DNA of 64,000 bases from Vulcanimicrobiota bacterium (GTDB lineage Bacteria; Vulcanimicrobiota; Vulcanimicrobiia; Vulcanimicrobiales; Vulcanimicrobiaceae), in assembly GCA_963733295.1 (NCBI GenBank), contig CAVTCS010000003.1:2080001-2144000 (forward strand), written 5' to 3'. Below the pieces are notes generated by a model. The model had not been told where the DNA came from and did not search any database. It saw only the letters and a program-made list of their open reading frames with translations. Both the position numbers and the translations under genes were made by a program. Every line of letters begins with the position of its first letter. The stretch's first letter is position 1. Positions 1 through 8,477 of this stretch are shown here, piece by piece.

Positions 1-1
1 C

Positions 2-94
2 GCGATCACCGGCGTTGCCCCCGACGGCAGCGAGATCGGCGAAACGGCGTACGGGATGCAGATCGAAATCGTCGAGCCCGCGATGGCGCGCTAG
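2..94 (+). CDS. 3' end of a gene entering from the left edge (unknown product)
   Basis: Frame 2 reads AITGVAPDGSEIGETAYGMQIEIVEPAMAR* (TAG 92-94) with genome-typical codons. Confidence 0.5.
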   Translation, partial: AITGVAPDGSEIGETAYGMQIEIVEPAMAR

Positions 95-108
95 GGTTTC
101 CTTTTTAC

Positions 109-1645
109 CTACGGATTCCGCCGAAGACCCCCGAGCAGACGCTTTAGCACCCAAAGGCGGCTCGCGTACGTCGCTTGGATCGCAGCGTCGGTCTGCGCGA
201 TCTCCTCGAGCACTCGGCGCAGTTCCGCCCGCGTTTGTTCGATCGCAGACCGGTTTAGGCGCGCAACCGATGCCTCGAAGTTCACGCGCTCTTCCTTTGC
301 CCTGGCCAGTTCTTTAGCCGCCACGGCTAGTTCCTTGGCGAGCTGTGTCTCATACTGGGCTTGCATCTGCACAATTCTTGTCCGCTCGTTCGCTAGCTGC
401 TGCCGGTCGCGTTCGACCTCTGACGCGAGCTGGCTCGAGCGCTGGCGCTCGGTCTCGACCTGTGATGCGAGCCGGTTCGAGCGCTGCCGTTTCGTCTTCG
501 AGCTTTGCGTCTTGGTAGCGCAAATCGGCCGACAGATGCTCGTGCATCACCTGCGCTGCTGCAAGCGCTGCGGCCAGGCTCGCGATATCGTCGCGGCGTT
601 CCGCAGCCTCGCAATCGAGGTCGGCCGCACCGTCGCGCGGCGCGTCGAGCTTGTCTTGCAGAGTGGAGTTGCGTTCGCGGGCGGCGTGCAGCTCGACATC
701 GAACGCGCAGATGCGTGCGATGAGTTCGGTGACGCGTTCGTCATCGTTGAGCGGAACCGCTTTGACGATGAACTGGACGGTGTCGTGTTCGGGGTCGCTG
801 CGAATCTTTGCCACGAGGTCGTCATCGAAATCGGCCGGATCGAGCTGCGTGGGGACATCGCTCGCGGAGAACAGCTCCGCCTTCGTTCGACGAATCTCTT
901 CGATGCGATACCCACTCCGCATGCAGAGTTCGTGGATCGAGCGCAGCGTGAAAAAGCGTAAGTGCGTCGAATCGAGCCGGCCCTCCGGCTGATAATCGAA
1001 GGAGCCGCGAAGCAACGATAGTCGCACGGAGCGGTGCGCTTCGTGGATCGAGCGCAGCGAGAAAAAGCGTAAGTGCGTCGAATCAAGCAGACCCAGTGGC
1101 TGATAATCGAAGGAGGCGCGAAGCAACGATAGTCGCACGGAGCCGTGCGCGATGTTCGGGATCGAGAGGACCGCGAAAGATCCCGGTTTCAAGAACGCGC
1201 GCGTCTCGTCAAAGACCCGCCACGGGTCGCGTAGATGCTCGAGGACGTCTCCGAAGATGGCGACGTCGAACGGTGTTCCCGGGAGCAAGTCTACGAGGGG
1301 TCGCGCATCGAGGTCGGCCACGATGACTTCCTCGCAATACGCCCGTGCCTCGGTAGCCGCAAGCGGGTCCGCCTCGACCCCCGTGACCTGGCAGTTCCGC
1401 TGCCTAAGAAGGCGCGACATGTAGCCGTTCGAGCAGCCAAGCTCGAGGACGCGCTTGCCGACGCCCACCATTTCGAGCATGAGCGCACGGCTCGTCTCGG
1501 CTTCCGGTCTCGAAACTGGTCGTGCCGGGGGTGGGGGAAAAGGCTGCGTCTCGGGTCGATCACCTTGGTCTCCCGCGGTTGCGGTCCGGCGGCAAAGATT
1601 CTCAGCGAGGGGTATGGGTACCGCTCGCCAGAAACTCGCGTCCAT
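109..1645 (-). CDS. Class I SAM methyltransferase with C-terminal coiled coil, glycan-associated (one frameshift at ~490; start uncertain, 1480-1684)
   Basis: Motifs VLELGCSNG, FDVAIFGDVLEHL, PNIAH and LDSTHLRFF. Removing one T from TTT 490-492 joins ORF 350..1684 to ORF 109..372 through ERQRSNRLASQVETERQRSSQLASEVERDRQQL. Confidence 0.8.
930..1150. repeat. 111-bp in-frame tandem duplication inside the methyltransferase
   Basis: tcgtggatcgagcgcagcg... starts at both 930 and 1041. The protein repeats AH(G/R)SVRLSLLR(A/G)SFDYQP..LDSTHLRFF(S/T)LRSIHE. Confidence 0.9.
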
Positions 1646-1692
1646 CCGTTCGACATTCCTGCGACTGTTGGCGGAATTTATCAAAGGACTCG

Positions 1693-3757
1693 ATGAACGG
1701 GCGCGATTCGGTTTACGGAACTGAACTGACGAACAGTTTACGGGAGCTCGCGGGGGCGGGCAACGTCTCGAGGAGCTGCGGGCGGCCTATGCAGTCGTTG
1801 AGAACAGCCGCTTCGCATTGCTTCGCAGAGCGGTTCGCAGCCTGCGAGCCGCCGTGCGCCTTGGTCGCGTGGAAGCCCCGCTGATCGTCGCAAATCCACG
1901 CCCCTTGGGACGCGCGCAGCTGCAACCCTACGGCAACGAGATCGTCAATCGGATTATCGAATCCGAGCGGGATCGCCTGATGCTGTTGGAAGCGATGCTC
2001 GCTCAGCGTTCTCGTGCGACGCTTGCGGGCGACTACGAGAAATGGTTGTCGGTGTATCAAGTTCGTTCGTCGGACGCGATGCGGATGCGCGAGATGTCCG
2101 AGGCGCTGCCGCGGCGCGTGGTGATCAGCGTGATCATGGCGACGTACGAGACTCCCGAACGGTTTTTGCGCGAGGCGATCGAGTCGGTGCTCGCGCAAGC
2201 CTATCCCAATTGGGAGTTGTGCATCGCCGACGACGCCTCCAAAGAGCGGCACGTCCGCAAAGTACTCGAGAAGTACGCCGCACTGGACCCGCGCATCAAG
2301 GTGATCTATCGCGCCCAGAACGGCCACATCGCCGCGGCGAGCAACTCGGCACTGGCTTTGGCGACAGGCGAGTTCGTGGGTTTTCTCGATCACGACGATA
2401 CGCTTTCGCCCGACGCGCTCTTTGAAGTCGCGCTGACGATCAACCGCTATCCCGACGTCGACATGCTCTACTCCGATGAGGACAAGATCGACGAGGCGGG
2501 ACTCTACTGCGAGCCGCACTTCAAACCCGACTGGTCGCCCAACTCGTTCCTCTCGCGAATGTACACCTGCCACTTTGGGGTGTACCGGCGTGCGCTGGTC
2601 GAGGAACTGGGTGGGTTGCGCGTCGAGTTTGCCGGCAGCCAAGACTACGATTTGGTCTTGCGCTTGAGCGAGCGGACCGAGCGGATTCGCCACATCCCGC
2701 GCGTGCTTTACCACTGGCGCAAGCACAGCGGCTCGGCCTCGGGGATCTCGCGCGCCAAGCCCTACAGTTCGCGGGCTGCCGAGCGGGCCATCGCCGAAGC
2801 ACTCGAGCGGCGGGGCGAACCGGGTACGGTTGCCGAGCGCGCCGACTGCGCGGGGGTGTACCTGGTGCGCTATGCGATCCGCGACCCCAAACGGGTCAGC
2901 GTGATCGTTCCCACGCGCGATCACGGTGAGGACGTGGAGCGCTGCCTCTCTTCGCTCTTTGCCAAGGCGGGCTATAAGGACCTCGAGGTGATCCTGCTCG
3001 ATAACGGCAGCACCGAGAAAGCGTCGCTTGCGACCTTCGAGCGCTGGGCGAAAAAGGAGCCGCGCGTGCGCGTGGTGCGCTACAACGTGCCCTTCAACTT
3101 CTCGCGTATCAACAACTACGCTGTCAGCAAGAGCACCGGCCACTACGTGCTCTTCCTCAACAACGATACCGAAGCCAAGAGCGCGGGCTGGATTGCGGCC
3201 ATGGTCGAGCAGGCGCAGCGTCCCAGCATCGGGGCTGTCGGTGCGCTGCTGCTCGATCCCGACGACACGGTCCAGCACGCCGGGGTCGTCATCGGCCTGG
3301 GCGGGGTGGCCGGTCACAGCCACAAGCACTTTCCCCTCGCGGCCAACGGTCACGCCAACATGCTCAAAGCGATCAACAACTACTCGGCGGTGACCGGCGC
3401 TTGCCCGATGACCCGGCGCGAGGTTTTCGAGCGGGTCGGGGGCTTTGACGAGGAGCTCACCGTCGCGTTCAACGACATCGATTTGTGCCTCAAGATCGTC
3501 GCAGCCGGTTACCGCATCGTCAACCTGCCACACGTTCAGCTCTACCACTTCGAATCCAAAAGTCGCGGAGACGAATCGACCGCCGAGAACAGGCTCGCTT
3601 CGTGTGCGAAGTCGAGATCATGCTAAAGCGCTGGGAGACAAATCACCGGTTGGACCCGCAGTACAACATAAATCTGACGATCAGCCGGGAGGACTACGCA
3701 CCGAGCGTACGCGGGCAAGAACTGCCTCTCGAGCTGGGGCTCGCGATCGCACAATGA
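1693..3757 (+). CDS. Glycosyltransferase family 2 with two GT-A domains (probable rhamnosyltransferase; frameshifts near 1755 and 3580)
   Basis: Motifs NWELCIADDAS, FLDHDD, YSDEDKID, GSQDYDL, VLFLNND and AFNDIDLCL. AAAGGA RBS before ATG 1693. The C-terminus continues in the frame of ORF 3485..3757 (DPQYNINL). Confidence 0.88.
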
Positions 3758-4774
3758 GCACCTGGCTCGTACCGGCGGCCTCGGCTTCATCGGCTCGCAT
3801 TTCGTCCGGCTCGTCACTACGCGAGCGGCCCGGCGTCACGATCGTGAATCTCGACGCGATGACGTATGCCGGCGAATCCGGAGAACCTCGCGACGTCGAG
3901 CCGCGACCCGCGCTACGCGTTCGTCCGCGGCGACATCTGCGACGCCGCCGCGGTCGAACGGCGATCGCCGGACGGCGATCGACGCGATCGTGAATTTCGC
4001 CGCCGAGACGCACGTCGACCGCTCGATCCTCGATCCCGAAGCGTTTCTGCGCACCGACATTCTCGGCACGCACGTCTTGCTCGAAGCCGTGCGCGAGCAC
4101 GCATCGCGCGCTTCCTGCAAGTCTCGACCGACGAAGTCTACGGCGACGTCGCCGAGCGGAGTTCGCCGAGGAACGTGACGCGCTCCGCCGCGCTCGCCAT
4201 ACGCCGCCAGCAAAGCCGGCGGCGACCTTCAGGTGCTCGCGTACGGCACGACGTACGGCACGCCCGTACTCATCACGCGCGGCTCGCAACACTTACGGCC
4301 CGTACCAGTATCCCGAGAAGCTGATCCCGCTCTTCGTCACCAATCTGATCGACGGCGAACCGGTGCCGCTCTACGGCGACGGCGGTCAAATTCGCGACTG
4401 GCTTCACGTCGAGGATCACGCGCGCGGCATCCTGCACGTCCTCGAACATGGCGACGCGGTGCACGTCTACAACCTCGGCGGCGGCAATCCGCGCACCAAC
4501 CTCGAGATCACCGAACGGCTCGTCGAGCTCTGCGGCCGGCGCTTGGAGACGCACGTCGGCACGTCACCGACCGGCCGGTCACGACCGGCGCTATTCCCTC
4601 GATGCGGCGAAGGCTGCGCGCCCTGGGCTGGCGCCGCGGTGCGATTCGAGGAGGGCCTCGCCGCACGGTGCACGCTGGTACCGGGACAACGAAGCCTGGT
4701 GGCGGCCGATAAAAAGTCCGGCGAGCTTCGCGGAGTATTACAGGCAGCAGTACGCCGAGAGAGGGGGGCAGTGA
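3754..4774 (+). CDS. rfbB: dTDP-glucose 4,6-dehydratase, multiply frameshifted
   Basis: Fragments in different frames: TGG.GFIGSHFV, VNLDAMTYAG, FVRGDICD, NFAAETHVDRSI, QVSTDEVYG, PYAASK, YGPYQYPEKLIPLF, PLYGDGGQIRDWLHVEDHA, GHDRRYSLD and WYRDNEAWW. Confidence 0.88.
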
Positions 4775-5531
4775 AGGGTATCATTCTTGCCGGCGGCCTC
4801 GGCATCGCGGCTGCGCCCGCTAACAAAAGTCACGAACAAGCATCTGCTGCCGGTCTACGACAAGCCGATGATCTACTATCCGATCGAGACGCTGTGCGAG
4901 GCGGGCATCACCGAGATCATGATCGTCACCGGCGGCAACTCGGCCGGCGATTTTCTGCGGCTGCTCGGCAACGGCACGCGAGTTCGGGCTCAAGGACATC
5001 GACTACACCTATCAGGAAGGCGAGGGCGGCATCGCCGACGCGCTGAAGCTGTGCGAGCACTTCGCCGAAGGCGACCGATCTGCGTCATGCTCGGCGACAA
5101 CATCATCGAAGACGACATCGCGGCCGTCCGCGAACGCGTTCGAGGCCCAGACGCAGCGGCGCGCGCATTCTGCTGAAAGAGGTTCACCGATCCGGAACGC
5201 TTCGGCGTGCCGGAACTCGACGGCGAGCGCATCGTCGCGCATCGAAGAAAAGCCCGAAGCACCCGAAGAGCGAATTACGCCGTGACCGGCATCTACATGT
5301 ACGACGCGGCGCGTCTTCGACTACATCCGCACGCTCAAACCTTCCGCGCGCAGCGAACTCGAAATCACCGACGTCAACAACGCGTACATCGACGCCGGCG
5401 ACCTTTGCTACGACATCCTCGACGGCTGGTGGACGGATGCCGGTCAATTCGAGAGTCTGCACCTGGCTGCAAATCTCGTGGCTGCCGAACGTGAGCGGGC
5501 GAGAGCACCGCTCGTCGCAGCGGCTCGCTGA
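4771..5531 (+). CDS. rfbA: Glucose-1-phosphate thymidylyltransferase, multiply frameshifted
   Basis: Fragments [65 protein letters not shown] and WWTDAG. TGA at 5529-5531. Confidence 0.88.
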
Positions 5532-5535
5532 ACGA

Positions 5536-6411
5536 ATGCGCGTCCTCATCGTCGGCGCAGGCGGTCAACTTGGAGCGGATCTCGTTCGCGCGTTCGCGGA
5601 TTTGGGGCCTATCGGACTCGATCATAAGGCGCTCGATATCGAGGTGTCTTCATCCGTCAGCCGTACCTTAGCTCGTTACCGGCCCACGGTCGTCATCAAC
5701 ACGGCGGCATTCCACAATGTCGAAGTCTGCGAGACGCGCCCCGACCGCGCGTTTGCGGTGAACGCGCTTGCGGTCGATGATCTCGCCGCGCAGTGCGCGT
5801 TGGCCGGAGCACAACTCGTCCACGTCAGCACGGACTATGTCTTCGACGGCCATTCGCCGGTGGCGTACGGCGAAGGCTCACCGACGAATCCACTGAGTGC
5901 GTACGGCACCTCAAAGCTAGCAGGCGAACTGCTGATCAAGCGGCACCTCGACGATTATTTCATCATCCGCACGAGTGGGCTTTACGGTATCCGCGGTAGC
6001 AGTGTCAAGGGCTATACCTTTATCGAGCGGATTCTAACGCAAGCGGGCGAAGGCCGGCCCCTCGATGTCGTCAACGATATCACGTTCTCGCCGTCCTACA
6101 CTCGTCACGTAGCCGAGGCCATCCGGCGGATCATAGAGCGTGGCTCATTCGGAACGTATCATGTGACGAATACCGGACAGTGCACGTGGTACGAATTCGC
6201 GCGCGAAATCTTGCTCCAAGCCGGCATCACGACCGAATTACGTGAGACGACGTCCGAGCGCTTCCCCACGCTAGCACGCAGACCGAAATTTTCCGCGTTG
6301 CGCCACGGCGCGATGGACGCCCTCGGGTTTCCCCCGATGCCGAGCTGGAGCGAAGGCATCCGCGACTACCTCCGCGAGCGTCAACTAACTCCAGCCGGCA
6401 TCCCTGCTTAA
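5536..6411 (+). CDS. rfbD: dTDP-4-dehydrorhamnose reductase
   Basis: Motifs MRVLIVGAGGQLG, HVSTDYVFDG, YGTSKLAGE and RRPKFSAL. Confidence 0.93.
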   Translation: MRVLIVGAGGQLGADLVRAFADLGPIGLDHKALDIEVSSSVSRTLARYRPTVVINTAAFHNVEVCETRPDRAFAVNALAVDDLAAQCALAGAQLVHVSTDYVFDGHSPVAYGEGSPTNPLSAYGTSKLAGELLIKRHLDDYFIIRTSGLYGIRGSSVKGYTFIERILTQAGEGRPLDVVNDITFSPSYTRHVAEAIRRIIERGSFGTYHVTNTGQCTWYEFAREILLQAGITTELRETTSERFPTLARRPKFSALRHGAMDALGFPPMPSWSEGIRDYLRERQLTPAGIPA

Positions 6412-6427
6412 AGACGACGGCGGCGCG

Positions 6428-7603
6428 GTGCCACAAATGGTCGATGAGATCATTTATCACCTCGATTCGCCAAGCCCGGAAGCGCTCGTCGAGGCGCAAA
6501 GACTCAACGTGCAAGGCTGGGTCGCCTGTTCTCCGGCGCGGAGAATCGCCGAGGTCTCAATCGCCACTCGAACAGGTAGACAACCTCTATCTCTTGCGGA
6601 TCGGCCGGACGTAGTCGCGAGCGTTCCTCACCTCAACAGTACGGGATTCGAAGGTCAGGTCGAGCCCGATGGCCTCGCCGCACCAATTACGATCTTCTTC
6701 CGCTTTGAAAACGGGACCCTCGAACAGCGTTCGCTAAGCCTCCGCGTCTCCCAGGAATCAGACGAAGATTTTGAAAGGCGGAAGGCCGCGAAGCTTGCAA
6801 GGATTGCTGCGATTCTTAGTTGTCCGCATTGCAAGACAAGCATCACGACGCAGGCGACGAATCCCTCGATCGCGTGTGCTTGTTGCGGAAACTCGTATCG
6901 CCGCGAGCGGTATGCCTTGGATTTCTTGACCGAAGAACTTCGAGCTCGCGCAAAGGTCTTTCCCGTCGAGGCGGTGTCGTCAAACGAGTACGATCCCGTA
7001 ACGATCGAAATGATCTCTCGGCACCACGACGGGCTGGTTCTTGACAACGGCAGTGGCCTACGGTCGACGTACTATTCGAACGTCGTAAACCTCGACGTTG
7101 TCGGATACAAAACGACAGACATCATCGGAATCGGCGAAAGCCTACCTTTTCGCGATGCTTCGTTCGATGCCGTAATAAGCATCGCCGTGCTCGAACATGT
7201 CCGCAATCCTTTTGACGCAGCCCGAGAGATCGAGCGTGTTCTCAAGCCGGGCGGCGAAATCTACATCGCCGTTCCGTTCCTCCAGCCGTTTCACGGATAC
7301 CCGGATCATTACTACAACATGACATCGAGCGGCTTGAGGAACTTATTTCCCGGCCTGCACGAGATTTCGATGAGCGTCCCTCTAGCCGGACGTCCGATTT
7401 GGACGGTTTCGTGGCTCCTCAACTCTTGGGCAGCTGACCTGCCCGCTGAGGAGCGCGCCGATTTCTGCTCTCTAAAAGTGGCAGATTTGATGGCAAATCC
7501 CATCAGCCAGTTGCATAAGCGCTACGTCATGGCGCTGCCCGAACCCGCCAACGAACGGCTCGCATGCGTCAACGTGTTCCGCGCAACGAAGCCGCACGCC
7601 TAA
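6428..7603 (+). CDS. Class I SAM methyltransferase with N-terminal beta-domain and Zn-ribbon
   Basis: CPHC...CACC ribbon. Motifs VLDNGSG, LPFRDASFDAVISIAVLEHV, RVLKPGG and PFLQPFHGYP. Confidence 0.85.
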   Translation: MPQMVDEIIYHLDSPSPEALVEAQRLNVQGWVACSPARRIAEVSIATRTGRQPLSLADRPDVVASVPHLNSTGFEGQVEPDGLAAPITIFFRFENGTLEQRSLSLRVSQESDEDFERRKAAKLARIAAILSCPHCKTSITTQATNPSIACACCGNSYRRERYALDFLTEELRARAKVFPVEAVSSNEYDPVTIEMISRHHDGLVLDNGSGLRSTYYSNVVNLDVVGYKTTDIIGIGESLPFRDASFDAVISIAVLEHVRNPFDAAREIERVLKPGGEIYIAVPFLQPFHGYPDHYYNMTSSGLRNLFPGLHEISMSVPLAGRPIWTVSWLLNSWAADLPAEERADFCSLKVADLMANPISQLHKRYVMALPEPANERLACVNVFRATKPHA

Positions 7604-7604
7604 C

Positions 7605-8468
7605 ATGGAAAGACTCGACAAGGTTCGTCATCGACTCGATAAGACGATGCGCGGCATCGAGATTGGCCCGAGTTTCAATCCAATTGTTCCGAAAGCGGAG
7701 GGCTGGAACGTCGAGACGATCGACCATGCGACGCGCGAGGAACTCGTTGAGAAGTATCGTGGTCACGACGTCGACGTTTCGAAGATCGAACCGGTAGACT
7801 GGGTATGGAAGAGCGAGCGGCTTACCGACCTTCTCGGCGCGGAGCGACTCGGCACGTATGACTTTTTCATCGCCAGCCACGTCATCGAGCACTATCCCGA
7901 CCTGCTCGGTTTCTTCGAGGATGTCGAGGCTCTGCTTCGCGTTGGGGGGATCCTCTCGCTCGTGATCCCCGACAAGCGACACTGTTTCGACTTCTTCAAA
8001 CCTTTGACGCTTACGGGAGCCGTACTCACGGCTCACGACAACGGTTTAAAGCGTCACACCAAACGGACGGCCTTCGAGCACGTCGTCTACGGCAGTTTGC
8101 GCGATGGCATCGGTGCGTGGGACACACGTCAGGCCGGAGAACTGTCCCTCGCGCACAACTTGGAACAGGGCCGAATCGCGCTCGCTGAGCACAGCGAAGC
8201 CTCCGACGACCTGTACATCGACTATCACGCGTGGCAATTCGTGCCTTCGAGTTTCTTGCTTGTGATCGAAGAGCTTCGTCTCTTGGGGCACACGACGTTC
8301 GAAATCGAGCGCACGTTCGAACCCGCAGGTTGCGAATTCTACGTCTCTCTTCGCAAGAGCGGTCGAGGTTCAACCGAAAACCTGGCCGCGCCGGAGGTCA
8401 CCGCGCGTCGCCTCGAGCTCATGAAGCGCACGATGCGCGAGCTTTCGGAAGAGCCGGCTAGCCTTTAG
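7605..8468 (+). CDS. Methyltransferase-domain protein (glycan locus)
   Basis: Motifs GIEIGPS, YDFFIASHVIEH, LLRVGGILSLVIPDKRHCFD and DYHAWQF. Confidence 0.8.
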   Translation: MERLDKVRHRLDKTMRGIEIGPSFNPIVPKAEGWNVETIDHATREELVEKYRGHDVDVSKIEPVDWVWKSERLTDLLGAERLGTYDFFIASHVIEHYPDLLGFFEDVEALLRVGGILSLVIPDKRHCFDFFKPLTLTGAVLTAHDNGLKRHTKRTAFEHVVYGSLRDGIGAWDTRQAGELSLAHNLEQGRIALAEHSEASDDLYIDYHAWQFVPSSFLLVIEELRLLGHTTFEIERTFEPAGCEFYVSLRKSGRGSTENLAAPEVTARRLELMKRTMRELSEEPASL

Positions 8469-8477
8469 ACGTCTGGG

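Noticed and set aside
1713..3548. Long antisense ORFs (also 9672..11318, 18340..19623 and 50084..51982)
   Set aside because: These are typical high-GC antisense shadows of well-supported genes.
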